The translations under genes and the position numbers were made by a program. The notes under the pieces were generated by a model that was given only the letters and a program-made list of their open reading frames with translations, ran no database searches and was not told the origin of the DNA. DNA of 64,000 nucleotides, from the NCBI GenBank assembly GCA_001643675.2, contig LSRY02000040.1:914992-978991 (forward strand), read 5' to 3'. Shown here piece by piece: positions 1-12,881 of this stretch (positions within the stretch are counted from its first letter, which is position 1; each line of letters starts with the position of its first letter). Origin of the DNA: Monocercomonoides exilis PA203 (taxonomy: Eukaryota; Protista; Preaxostyla).

Positions 1-510
1 TGCAAGCTTTAAATATCAGAGAGAACAGACGTGAGAAATTCAATGTTTAAAGAAGAAGGAATAAAACTTGATGCAAGACTGATAACTTTAGAGACACGCA
101 ATGAGATTGCTGTTCCATATTTATCAGAGTTTCTTTTGATTTGTCCTGCATTCGCAATTAAGACATTGTGGGATAGAGTTCAACAAGCCAACCCAAACAC
201 AAACAGTCTGCTCCTTAATACAAACACATTTGCTCCATTTAAAGCAGGAGGGAATCGGAGAATTGCCGAGGAAGCGCTGCTCAACGCAGGGAAACCAGAA
301 ACATATTCTCCATTCTCAATCATGGCAGCATCGATTTCGGCTTTGACAATGGCAGGTTTTCCTCCAGCTCAGATTACAAATGCAGATTTAGCCTCATTAA
401 TGGGCAAGGTGATTGCTATTTCAGGAGAAGGATTGACAAAGCAGGCACAACACGCTGAAGAAGAGGAAAAGCGAGGAAAAGAAGTGTGCAATTGTGAAAA
501 AGCAGTGTGA
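1..510 (+). pseudogene. Degenerate C-terminal fragment of a DIRS-type tyrosine recombinase
   Basis: FKEEGIKLDARLITLETRNEIAVPYLSEFLLICPAFAIKTLWDRVQQANPNTNSLLLNT aligns by eye with FEEEGVYLDTKLKTSNTRTEIAVPFLPELSLICPASAIQELWKKVQEKNSHTDKLLLNT of the YR at 59961-61259. Upstream in frame it reads C-K-L-stop where the other copy has CRFT. The expected HxxR position reads FSIM. Confidence 0.8.
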
Positions 511-1322
511 CATTTGGAAAAGAAATGACAGAAACCAAGTGATAGACGACTCCCAAACAACAATGCCTTCGATGATTGAAGAACCAAAGGAAGATGAGAA
601 AGAGGATTCAGAATATGACAAAAGGTTCATTATTCGAGAAAGAGTACAACAAAGGAAAGAAAAAATTCAGAAGGAATGGATAATATTAAAAGCTGCGGTT
701 ATGATGGAATCAGAAACCCTCAACAAACATGTGATCTCAATAAAAGAGAAGGAATTGAATAAATTTGTTTTTTTCAAATTAAAGTCACATCAAATTATAG
801 AAAAAAGATTGAATGGCAATAAAACAAAAAACTGCGAGAAATGAAGGAAATAATAAAATAGAATTATATAATGATAATCAAAACAAAAGAAAGAAAACAT
901 ACGATGATCAAATCTTATATTTAATCTTGGAACAACCTTATATTGCGATGGGACAATACATAAATCTGTTGGAAGAGAAAATTAAGGAGAAATTATTTTA
1001 ATTTGAAAATTATAATTTCCAAGAATAAATATATAATTAAGAAAATCATAAGATAATTAAAAAAATTAAAAAAAAAATGAATAAAAATGATTAAAAATAA
1101 CGAAATTATTTCGAAAAATTTATAATGAAATAATCAAGTTGTAATTGAATAAAAAAAAATTAACAGATAAAAAAACAATCTCCTTCCCTTCTCTCCTTTT
1201 TCTGCACACATTTGAGATCTTCATGAGATGAATTTGAAGCCACTCTCACGTTCCACCTCCATTTCCCTTCGTCCAACACCTCCCCCACAAAGCAACTGGA
1301 ATTCCCTGTTTTGAGCGCTTTC

Positions 1323-3309
1323 TCAGAGAGAGAAGAGAGAAGAATGTGCTTCCCAGGAAGGATAGAAGAACTCGTCGCGGAGAGGAAGAGGAGGAGGAGG
1401 GAGAGAGAAGGAGAGCGAACGAAGGGAAAGAGAAGATGAAAAGGATGATGAAAAGGGGGAAGAAGTTGCTATTGATGAAGATGAAGATGAAGAAAAAGAT
1501 GTTGATAAATTATTTCTTTTTGTTTGGTTAAAAAGAGGAGTAAATGATGTACATAAAGATGGAATTTGTGTGGAAGAAGAATGTGACGAAGAAGAAGACA
1601 GTGATGAAATACATATTGGAGAAGAAGAAGAAGACGAAGAAGATGATGATGAAATGGGAATAAGTGGATTTCTCTCAACAGAATCAGCTGAATCAGTTAA
1701 TTTACAGAAGAAAGGAATAACATCTGAAGAAGAAGAAGAAGAAGAAGAAGAAGAAGAAGAAGATGGTGGTGGTGGTGGTGATGATGATGAAATTTGAAGA
1801 GGAGAATGCATATTTGTTGATTCATGGATATTCTTTGAGTGCTGAAGAGGAGAAGATAATGAGTTGTTTCGCGAGCGATGAGAAAAAGAAGCAGAACGCG
1901 CAGAAATGAACGAGGGAGGAGGAGGAGAAGAGAAGAGGAGAGGAATTGGAGAAGAAGAAGAAGAAGAAGAGAAGAAGAAGAAGAAGAAGAAGTTGGAGTT
2001 GAAGTTAGAGGCGGTGATGATGATGAGAAAGAAGAAGATGTTGTATTTGTTGATATCAAATTCTGTTTTTCTGTCAAAACACATTTTTCATGAAGTTCTT
2101 CGCTTGTATCAAACATGTCAGCGTTTTGCTCAACAACAGTGTTTATTCTTCCATCTTCTTCTTCTCTTCCTCTTTTTCTTTCTCTTTCTTCTCCTTCTCT
2201 TTCTTCACCTTCTCTTCCTTCATCTTCTCTTCCCCCCATCAACATCTTCCTCATCTCCTCCACTTCATATCGCAGTTGATAGTTTTCTCTCCTTATCCCA
2301 TCCTCTTCAACTACCAACCTTCTGTTCTCTTCCCAAAACTTCTTCTTCTCTTCCTCAAATTTCTAGTTTCTCCTCTCTGAATCTCTCAACATCTTCTTCA
2401 TCTTCATCCATTTCATGTCTTTCTCTTCAAGAAGTTCAAGAAGGCTTCGGCATCCTTCACACAAAATACGAGAAAAATCACTTTTATGAAGATATAACAC
2501 AATTTCTTTTTCTTTTTCTTTTTCTTTTTCTCTCGCACTTTCTTTATCTTTATCTTCGTTTTCTTTCTTCAGCAATTGAGTATTTTCTTCATCTTTTCTG
2601 ATAATTTTCTCTTTCTCTTTCTCTTTCTCCTTCTCCTTCTTTTCCATCTTTTCCATCTTTTCCTTCATTATCTCTTCTTTTTCTAATTTTTCTTCATCCA
2701 ATTTGAGTTTCACTTTCTTTTTCACTTCTTTTATTAACGTCAATTCTTCATTCACATATTTCTTTTCTTCAGAAAAAGAAGAAGAAGAAGAAGAAGAAGA
2801 AGAAGAAATAACATTTTTCTTTCTTTCTTTTTCCCCATTCCATAAGCATCACAAATTCCCTCTTTTTGTTTCTGTCTAAACTTTTCTTCCTTTTCTTCCT
2901 TTTCTTCCTTTTCTTCCTTTTCTTCCTTTTCTTCCTTTTCTTCCTTTTCTTCCTTTTCTTCTTTTTCTTCTTTATCTTCTTTATCTTCTTTCTCTTCTTC
3001 ATTTTTTCGTATTTTTTTGTATTTTTCTATTTTTCTGAGCCTCTTCCAATCGGAGAGCCATCAAATGGGCAGAAGAAATAAAATTCCTGTTGAACGAAAA
3101 AGGAGAAAGAAAAGAAGAAGAAGAATTCATAGAAGAAGAAGTTGAAAGAGAAGACGAAGGCAAAGCTGAAGAAGACGAAAGAGAACGATTTCTTGTTTGA
3201 ATGCGAAGGAGATTGGAGGAAGAGCAATAGGGAGATTGTGCCTGAAGAGGAGGAGGAGGAAGAGGAGGAGATGGTTGTAGAGAAGAAGAAGAAGAAGAAG
3301 AAACATCAA
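1323..3309 (-). pseudogene. Disrupted low-complexity (poly-Ser / Glu-Lys coiled-coil) gene
   Basis: ORFs 2363-2755 and 1697-2317 are in the same frame and separated by a single TAG at 2363-2365. Further frame breaks lie near homopolymers at ~2830 and ~3000. Composition resembles the giant gene at 12882-28570. Confidence 0.4.
2881..2962. repeat. Tandem 9-mer (CTTTTCTTC)n, reading (EEK)n on the minus strand
   Basis: About 9 direct copies are visible. Confidence 0.85.
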
Positions 3310-3708
3310 TTATTCTTTCTTTCTTTTTTCTCTCTCATGTTTTGTTGAATTGTTTGAAATTGCTTGAGGAAATAAAAGATAGCGTTTTGAAGATAAGGCA
3401 AAGATAATGAAGAAGATGGTTGAGTGCATTTGAAAAGAATAATAGTTCCACTTTCTATCAGCAAAGGTTGGAGTAATTCTTTTCAGAAGGTTATTTCCAA
3501 AGAAAAAATCATGATTGTGCAAACTTATTGCTCTTCTTTTTGATTTGCATTTCATTATTTTCAGAAGTTTTGAAAAATAGTCTTTCAAACAAAACAATTC
3601 AATGGTTTGCTTTCAATTTTGTGAAATGACAGCTTAAAAAATTAAAATAAAAATAAATATTTTTAAATAAATATTTTTGAATTTCAATGCACAATTCGTT
3701 TCATTTCC

Positions 3709-5161
3709 TTAAGCATTCACAAAATAATCAGAAATATTCAATGATAAGCCATCATAGTATTTTCTGTTCAAAAAATCAAAGATTTTATGAAAACTCTCAA
3801 TGCAATCTTCAAATTCTTCTTCCTCCATCTTTTCAAATATCCTTCTTTTCAATTCTTTTCGTTTTGTTTCGTCCGTTTCTTCATCCTCCTTTTCTTTCAA
3901 TCTTTCTGAAATGCTCAAAAAGAAAAGCAAGCCATTCCACATAATATCATCATCCAAAGTTGATTGATTCATTTCTTCTGAAAACGCAACTATTGTGCCT
4001 TCCTTTAGTAAAACATCAATTTTCACATTTCTCTTTTCTGCTGCACTTTTTAAAGTAAAAATGCAATCACGGCTTATATCTGGGTAATTATCTCTTGATG
4101 CTCGAAACACTTGAACAATGCAGCTGATAAGTCCTACAAGTTCTTCATTCCACAATTCGCAGAAGTAAAAGTAATCATAAATTGCATCAAGCCATCTCCA
4201 GATTATTTTCACTTCTTTCACTTCCTTTCCTCTTTCTCCTTTTCTCTTCCAGTCAATACATCTCATCAACTCTTCCAATTCCCTTCTTGCCTCTCTTGTA
4301 AAATGCAGCTCATTCACTATCACTTCTTCCAAGCTTTTGTCGTTGGAAAATCTGTTTATCAAAAAGTTCCAAGCGCGCTGATAGGAAAGCTGAGTGAGGT
4401 TGTGATGCTCCTGATGATATTTGATGATTTCTGTTATCCCGTTCAAATACAGTTCTTGTTTTATTTCCTTATTAAAATCAGAAAAAAATGCAAAGGTATC
4501 AAAAAGGAAATAGAAGCGAACATACGCAAAATTTGCTAATGTGACTTAAAGCCAGTAAAGCTATTTCCACTTCTTTTTGAGTCTCCTCGTTTTCCTCCTT
4601 GTTCAATGCAACTTTCAGAAGGCAAGGTACGATGTTTGAAAGCAATTCATCAGGAATGCATTTATCGCAAAGCAAAAGATAACATTCGCAAAGATCAACC
4701 AAAAGCCTTTCGTTCTTTTCTTCTATTCTCCTTTCTTCTTCAATTATCATCCCTGGCATTCTTTTACTCAATGATGAATCATCAAAAGAATAACAAAAAA
4801 AGCTTTTCAATTCCTTGCGATATCCAGCTTGCTTCAACAACAAGATTGCGTTTCTCCAAGATAATGTCTTTTCTTTAATCATTTGGTGTATTTTATTGAA
4901 TAGTTCTTCTGTGAAAACAGTTATGAATTCTTCTTCATCCATTTCATTAATAATTTCATTCATTTCCCTGATTTTCTGCATCTGTTCCTCCTCATCGCAC
5001 TCTTCAAGTCCATCAAACAATTCTATAATCGGAGTTCAAAAACCAAAAAAAAAATCTTTAAAAACCATTTTTTCCAAATTATTGAGCAAACTTGAAAACT
5101 TTTCATTCAAAGGCATCTCTTTCTTTCTGCAATGAAGCTCATTGTCACAAGACGATTTCAT
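3709..5161 (-). CDS. Helical-repeat-like multigene family, copy A (441 aa; exons 5161-5092, 5022-4526, 4467-3709)
   Basis: Two GT-AG introns (5023-5091 GTTTG..ATAG; 4468-4525 GTATG..TAAG) join the ORFs in frame. Shares family motifs LCECYL, VPCLLKVAL..EE.EETQKEVE.ALLAL and ELHF..EA.RELEEL...DWK. Confidence 0.85.
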
Positions 5162-8100
5162 CTGTTTTAAAATTTATAACTCTCTATTTGTCAAAACTGG
5201 TTTTTATCATCAAAATTTGAGATAAACACAAACATTGTTGATTATCTTGCAGTTTTAAAACGATCGCTTTCAAATTGTTTTGTTTTTGCTTTATAAAAAG
5301 AAGAGCAAAAGAAATTGCGAAGGAGCAGCAAGGATTGCTGTATGATGCAAGAAATGAGAATCTTTTGTTTCTTTTTGATCAAACCAAAAGATATTTCAGA
5401 TGAAGAAATAGATTTCGATTTTCTTTCACATTTTGTTAGTTGAGTTCGTTTTTTATTGGTATGAAATTGGGTATGCTTGTTACACAGAAATTGAGATTTT
5501 CAGAAAAAAAAAAGAAAAAAAGCAATTTAATTTCATAATAGAATATCATTTTTCGACTGTTTTCAAACAATGTTCAGATTGATAATAATGACTACAAATA
5601 ATTGCATGCTCAATGAATTCTATTTTATTATTTTCTTATTTTTCAATTTTCAGTTTTCATTCAAGATGATTCATCAGATTTGTGAAGGAAAAAAAAAGGC
5701 GAAAAACCAAAAAATATGAAAGAAATTGTCGACTCAATTCGAAAATCAGTCAAACAGCAGAAGAACATGGCAAAATGGTTTTGAAGCGAAATGAGCAAAT
5801 AATGAAAATTCTTGAAGGTTCATCTTTAACATCAAGGATAGCAGGACAAATGATTGATGGAAAACTAACAATGAATAAAGATGACATTTTTCTTTTGTTT
5901 TCATCAAACACTTTGGGAAATCAAAAATCCTTATGACTTGGATTGAAAGGAGATCAGATGAGAAATGTTGTGAAGGCAGCTGTTCCATGAGAAGCATTCA
6001 TGAAGCATTTCAATTCAACAACACCTTCAATAGTTCATCAAAACTCCAGAAGAAATGAATCAGAGAGTTCTGCTGCTAAGCCAAATGAATGAAGAGAGCT
6101 AAAGGGAAATCGTGTTCTTTGTCTGAATTCCATTTTGCACACACTTTTCTCTTTTTTGGAGCAAGCCAGAAACTCTTCATTGGACTTCAATGGCTAATGA
6201 GAATGAATGGATATCCCTTTTTGAATCTCTCTTCAACCCTGCCTTTTTCTCTTTTTCCTCAGCGAAAAACACACTCAGTGAAAGAAGAAACACCTGTCTC
6301 TTCACTCATTTCTCATCTGACATTCTCAGGATGTTTCATCTTCTGCATTGGCTTCTCTGCAAAAAACATCTCTTGTCAAATCATCCTCCTTTGTGGTTGC
6401 TGAACATGCTGAAATGACACGATAAACAACAACAGCAAGTTCAGTGGTGATTGAAAGACAGTTGAGCAGGCTTTGGGTGAATCAAAAGAAAGAAGTCTTT
6501 TTTGATGTGTTTTTTGAATTCTGTATGAAATGATGATGATTGTCCGAAGAATTTCTCCTCATCATCAATTTCTTTCTTTTTCTTCCTCTCCTTTCCAAAC
6601 AATCTTCCTCATTGCTTCTACTTTCTTCGCTTGGATTTCTTGAAACCTGTTAACCAAATTGTTTTTTGGATACTGTTGCCTTCCTTGTTGGGTCATCCAA
6701 ATAAGGAGGAGAAAAAGAAAAAGAAAAAGAAGAACATTTCGAAACAATTGTTGTTGATGAAGAAGGAGAAAAGAAATATGAATTTCATCTGTTTTGAATG
6801 TTCAGCTTGAATGAAGAAGAAGAAACAGAAAAGGACTTCCTTTGTCTTTTTTCTTTCTTCTTCATTGTTTCCTTCAAAACAAAATTATAAAATCTCATTT
6901 AAAGATTTTAGAAAGAATAACATCGCTCCCCCAATTTTCAGAGGAAGAAAAAAATATATTATTTAATATTCTCACATTTTGTTTAATGTAGACAGTGATG
7001 CAAAAGAAGAGGAAGACGTTAATGTTAATGTTGAAGCCTGTGTCAATCTGTCTGAATGAAGTGCAAATATGACATTTTTTTCGAATAAATACCTTCATTC
7101 GTAACATTCTCTTATTTTTCTTCCTTCTTTCTCAGCTCGTTTCTGCCTTCATCTCAGATTCTCCCTTTCTCTTTGATTCATTCATAACAACCATCTCCGT
7201 TCATTCAACGTCCCATTCTCCTCTTTTCTTCAATGCAAACATTCCACGTTGTTCATCTCATTATCAGATTTGTCTTTCCTCTTCCAAATGAGCAATCGCA
7301 CATTCAACATCCAACAACTCATCCATTTTGTGTGCTCTTGAGACAGAGTTTTATTCCATTCTGTCTGAAATATGGTTATCGTCTGTTGATTGATCAAAAC
7401 TCACCAATGGCTTGGTTCTGTTGATTTTGCACTTTCATTCTTTGAGGATGCTCAGATGAAATGAATGAAGCTGTTTCTTCGAAGAAACAAGAAACATCAT
7501 TGAAGATGGTTGTGTGTTGTCTGATCGTGTGCAAACTGTTTGGCTTGATGAAGTGCATCAATTGCCAAAATTCAACAGAAATGTGGAAGAAGAAGATGTT
7601 TGTCACAAATGAAATGAAATGAGTCACAAGAACTCTTCACTGGAAGATGAATGGCAAAGGCGAGGAAGAAGTCTCGTTGTGAACAAATGGTCTTTCATTT
7701 GACCACGTTGCATAAGGAAAAAGCAATGAGCGAAAGAACTGAATGTGATAAAGAAAAAAAAAATGGCTTTCATTCAAGATGGTGAGTTAAAAAAAGGGAG
7801 AGTTGCATTGTTGAGTGGTTGAAAATAAGAAGCAGTTCTTCATTAAAAAAAACGCCCAATCCAATCAATCGAATTGAACAAAAAAGGGAAATGAGGTACT
7901 TTTATAAACATCATACACGTTATTTGAATCCCAATAAGCAACAAAAAACTTGTCAAACTCGCTCCATGTTGCAACATGAGAATATGATGGTGATTGCATT
8001 CGGCCTTTTTGTTCAACAATTCCCTTTCACGAAGCAATTGTTCTTCTCTTCTGCCAAGATATTAAAAAATATCGTCAATGAATATTTCAAAAAAGAGTGA

Positions 8101-9166
8101 GAAAAAATCACATAATCTGCGAAAATGCTGCTTGATATGGATTGTTCCAGAAAATGATGCACAACATGAAAAAAAAGCTGTTCTTTGAAATGGAAGTGAA
8201 AAGACATAAAATAAAAATAATTGGTTTTGCATTTTTAATGAAAACTCTTCAAAAAAACACACATGCCCTTTCTATAGCAAATGGAGAAGATTGTTCAATC
8301 ACTGATGCTGTCAATCTCCTTTTCCATTGTTTCCCAGTGCTCCTTTCTCCATCATCCATTTTCCCCCACATAAATGTCCTGCTTTTGATATTTCCATCCA
8401 CGTTTTTTTCTGAAAAAAATATCACCGAATTTAATTCTTTCCAAGTGCTGTCCAATTGTTGGCATTCTTTTTTTTTTTTTTTTTTCTAGTCCAATTGCTT
8501 TGAAATCAAATTTGTTTTCATCAACTGCTCCAAATGAAAACAAAAAAATATGCATTTCCCATCTGATGGTCGTTTCTTACCATCCAACTCGCTTCTCATG
8601 TTCAGCTCAGAAAAATAAAGGAATGAACATTTATGTTATTAATAAGATTCTTGGGCTCTGAAAAAATGATTTATAAAAATATCTTCTCAATGAACAAGAG
8701 CTGTAAAAAAGCAAACGCTTAAAACATTTTCTTTCAACTACCGAACTGCTGCATTTCCTTCCATGATTTTTTTTTTTTAAAAATCATCTCTCTCAATTCC
8801 ATCATTAATTCCCAGCTGTCGCTGTCTCATTCGACCATGCAAAATAATATCCCATATTCCAAAAGATATATTTATTGAGAAACTCTCATCTTGTGAAAAA
8901 GAATTTCCATTAGTGTTCAAAGATAAGAGTCTGATCAAAGAATCCATAACAACAACAAACCAACAAGGATAAAGTGTTCTTTTTCTCTGCAATACCTTGC
9001 CAAAAGTTCTTGCAAAAAAAAGAGTGGAATGAGGAAAGGCATTTTACAGATTGTTTTGAAAATATTATATTTGTTATTATTTCTCTACCTCGATTATTCT
9101 TTTCATTTGGATTGATAAAAATGTTGATGTCTTCCGAATGATGCGTTTTGCAAAAAGTCGAAGAAA

Positions 9167-10581
9167 ATGAGCGTCACCGAAAAGTTCACTGGTTTGCATC
9201 CATTGTTGCGTTTTAATTTTTGGGAATTGCATTTCTATCTTTCTTTATAATTTTGAAGCATTGTTTGATGGACTTGGAGAGTGCGATGAGGAGGAACAAG
9301 TGCAGAAAATAGAGGAAATGAATGAAATGATCAATGAAATGAATGAAGGAGAATTCAAATCAGTTTTCACAGAAGAACTGTTCGATAAAATTCTCCAAAT
9401 GATTGAAAAAAATTCATTGTCATTGGAAAAGGCAATTGTGCTGTTGAAGCATGTTGGTTCTTGCAAGGAATTGAAAAGCTTTTTTTGTTATTCTTTTGAT
9501 AAATCATCGTTGAGCAAAAAAATGCCATCGATGATAATTGATGAAAATGAAAAGATAAAGGATGAAAAGGATGAAATGCTTCTTATTGAACTGTGTGAAT
9601 GCTTTGCTTGGCTGAATGAAGATTTTATTTCAAAGGAATTGTTTTCAGTCATTGTTCCTCGCCTTCTGAAAGTTGCCTCGAAGAAAGAAGAAAACGAGGA
9701 AACTCAAAAAGAAGTGGAAATGGCTTTGCTGGCTTTTAGTCACATTAGCCAATTTTGCGTATGTTCGCTTCTATTTCCTTTTTGATATAATTGATTTTTT
9801 TCCCTTGTTTTTTGATTAGGATGTTCCAAAAGAACTGTATTTGAGTGAACTCAAAGAAATCATCAAATATCACCAGGAACATTCCAGCCTGACGCATCTT
9901 ATCTATCAGTATATTTGGCAGTTTTTGATTTATAGATTTTCCAACGACGAAAGTTTGGAAAAAATGATTGTGAATGAACTGCATTTTGTGGGGGAAGCAA
10001 GAAGAGAATTAGAAGAGCTTTCAAAATGCATCGACTGGAAGAGAAAAGAAGAAGGAGGAGTTAAAGAAGTGAAAGAAGTGAAAATAATTGGGAGATGGCT
10101 TCTTGTTATTGATGATTTCTTAAACTGGTGCAGATCATGGAACGAAGAACTTGCTGGACTTATCAGCTGCATTGCTCAGGTGTTTCGAGCATCAAGAGAT
10201 AATCTCAAAGATATTCGCAATGGATGCCTTTCTTCATTAAGAAGAGCAGTGGAAAAGAGAAATGTGAAAATTGATGACTTTTTGAAAAGTGGAGTTATTG
10301 ATCTCTATTTGGAGGAAATGAAGCAATCAACTTTGGATGATAAAATTATGTCTGATTGCTTGTATTTCTTTTTGAATATTTCAAAAAGATTGAAAGAAAA
10401 GGAGGATGATGAAGATGAAAAAGGAAAAAGGAAAGAAATGAAAAGAAAGATATTTGATAAGATGGAAGAAGAAGGATACGTAGATTTCATCGAAAGTTTT
10501 CGTGAAATGATTGATTTTTTGAACAAAAATGGTTATCGTGAATTATCAAAAAATACTTCTGATTATTTTGTGAATATTTAA
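9167..10581 (+). CDS. Helical-repeat-like multigene family, copy B (428 aa; exons 9167-9191, 9259-9758, 9820-10581)
   Basis: Introns 9192-9258 (GTTTG..GAAG) and 9759-9819 (GTATG..TTAG) keep the frame. Homologous to copy A. Exon 1 is shorter because of an upstream in-frame TGA at 9125. Confidence 0.85.
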
Positions 10582-11484
10582 CCAAATTCTTTTCAATAAA
10601 AATAGAAACTCCAAAATTACTACTTTTTCATTTATGTTCTTGCACAAAATGGAGAACATTCATTTTAGGCTTTTCAATATCCATTTTTTTTATAACTTCA
10701 AAATGATGAAGTGAAGATGTGAAAGCAAAGCAAAGATTTGAAACAATAATTTTTCGTATCTTCTCAATTTTATTTATTTCTTTTTTGGAAATATTCATAG
10801 AATGGATTTTTTTATGTGGTCTTTGTCAAAAAGACCCTTTTTGAAATAAAACTGCCTTATCTATAATTTCCAAATGCCTTTCCTCCTATTCAATTGCAAT
10901 TCTGGTAAAGTGGAACTTATTGGGTCCGAAAATTCTCATAGAAATCATCTTGAATTATTTCTTAAATATACTTCATTGTTAAAAATTCGATTAATAAATG
11001 AACAATTAAGTTTCAGCAATTAACAAATTTGTTGTGAATTTCAGTTTCATTACCAAAAATTTAACCAGAATTTTTGAATATTTGTCGAAACATAATAATT
11101 TTTCTTCATTCTCCCGTATTTACTTCTTAATTTAACTTTAATCAAAAAATCTTCAAATAAAATTGTTTTTGAAAACAGAATCTGTATATATTTCCTCATC
11201 TAAAAAGTTTTCTTTTCAATATCCAGAAAAAATTTTTGTATGGATCTGTTCCACGATTTGAGTGGCAATGATTTAAAAATAATGTTCTGATAGGATTTTT
11301 CAATAAAAATCATAATTTTTCAGAACAAAAAATATCATTCGATGAATGATGATATTCAAATATGTCAGAATTTGGTGAAATATTGATTATTATTCACAAT
11401 GAAAATCGGAAACCAATATGTTGCATCTTACCCAGTCTGTTTCCAATTATTATTGGAATTAATATTATTAGTAGGGGGACCGTT

Positions 11485-11735
11485 CTTTCAAGCTTTTTTT
11501 GTGCAAGGTTTTGATAAATTGCTTCACTCATAGCTTTATTTCACTTTATTAGATTTTAAAATAAATCTGATTTTATATCCTTAAACATGCATCGTTGAAA
11601 TCAAAACATAAAGTTTTCCAACATTTCACTAATATCAAAAAATGTTCCTTCATTTATAATGTTTTTTGATCTCAAAAAGTCAATGAAAAGTGCATAATTT
11701 CTCAATGAAAATGCTTGAAGTTAAATATTTTGTCC
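11485..11735 (+). repeat. Dispersed ~250-bp non-coding repeat, copy 1
   Basis: Direct, highly similar copy at ~29935-30185, with shared blocks such as AATTGCTTCACTCATAGCTTTATTTCACTTTAT and GCATCGTTGAAATCAAAACATAAAGTTTTCC. Confidence 0.85.
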
Positions 11736-12881
11736 CATGTGCTTATTATAAAATAAAAAAAATCATTTCCCAACTGCTACAAAATAGACCGATGCCATTC
11801 CGTGATAAAAACTCGCAACAGCAATCAGTCAAGAAAACACGAACGAAACATTGATCGAAAAATAAAAGTTTCGAGTTTTCGAACAGTTTTTTAGAGATCG
11901 TTTTCAAAAAATATTTTTCTGAGTGCAGCTTTATTTTATATGTTTATTGTTCTTATGTTATGAAACAGATTTATGAGCTTTAATGAAATGAAGATGATGA
12001 ATACAATTTTTGGTTTCAATAAAAATACTGGTACCAATATAAATACTCACTTACGAAAATCTGTCATTTCACATATTGGAAAAAACAAGAGCAGGAATCG
12101 TAGTTGTGGCTTGATATTCAGTAGGCTATCCATAAATGCGAAAATAACATCAAGTGCAATCTGTTTTCAAGAAAGAAAAAAATAAGATTAACTCCAAAAT
12201 AAGTTTTTGCTCCAATTTGTTGCATTTTTTGGAAGCTTCTTTTATTTTGATTTTCAAATTTTATTTTTCGAATCTGAATGAAAAAAAATGAGCATCAAAA
12301 CGAGTCTAATATTCTTTGAAACAAAAACTTTCAGAACCGAAGCATCGACAACAAAAAGTCTCAAATCATTATAAAAGAATTTACAGACCAATTACATAAT
12401 AATAACACACTCAAAGATCAAACAAGCATTCTCAATCATCTCATTTTCTGATGAGAAAATGCACGCCAAAAAGATACATCATTTTTAACAAATTTGACAA
12501 AAGCAGACAATCTTCAAAATGAATGAGCAAAAACATCAACACTTTTGCCACAATCAAAAATTCATATTTCTGAATAACAAAAAATCATGAATGTGGAACC
12601 TGTCAAACATTACAGCTGTACAGTTTTCACTTTATCTTTGACCAAGCCAGAAATAAAATTTATCTTCACAAGCAATTCAAACCAAATCAAATATAGTGAA
12701 ACAAAAATTATCAAAAAACAAATCTTTCCATTTCCCCCACTTATTTTTCATTTTGTGCTTTTCATTTTTTTGAAAAAAATTTATTTTTTTAGATTTTTAT
12801 TTTTTATTTCCCAAGATATCCATCGATCAATCCTCCATCAAGACGAAAAATCGAATGTTTGCGTTCAAATACAAATGCCTT

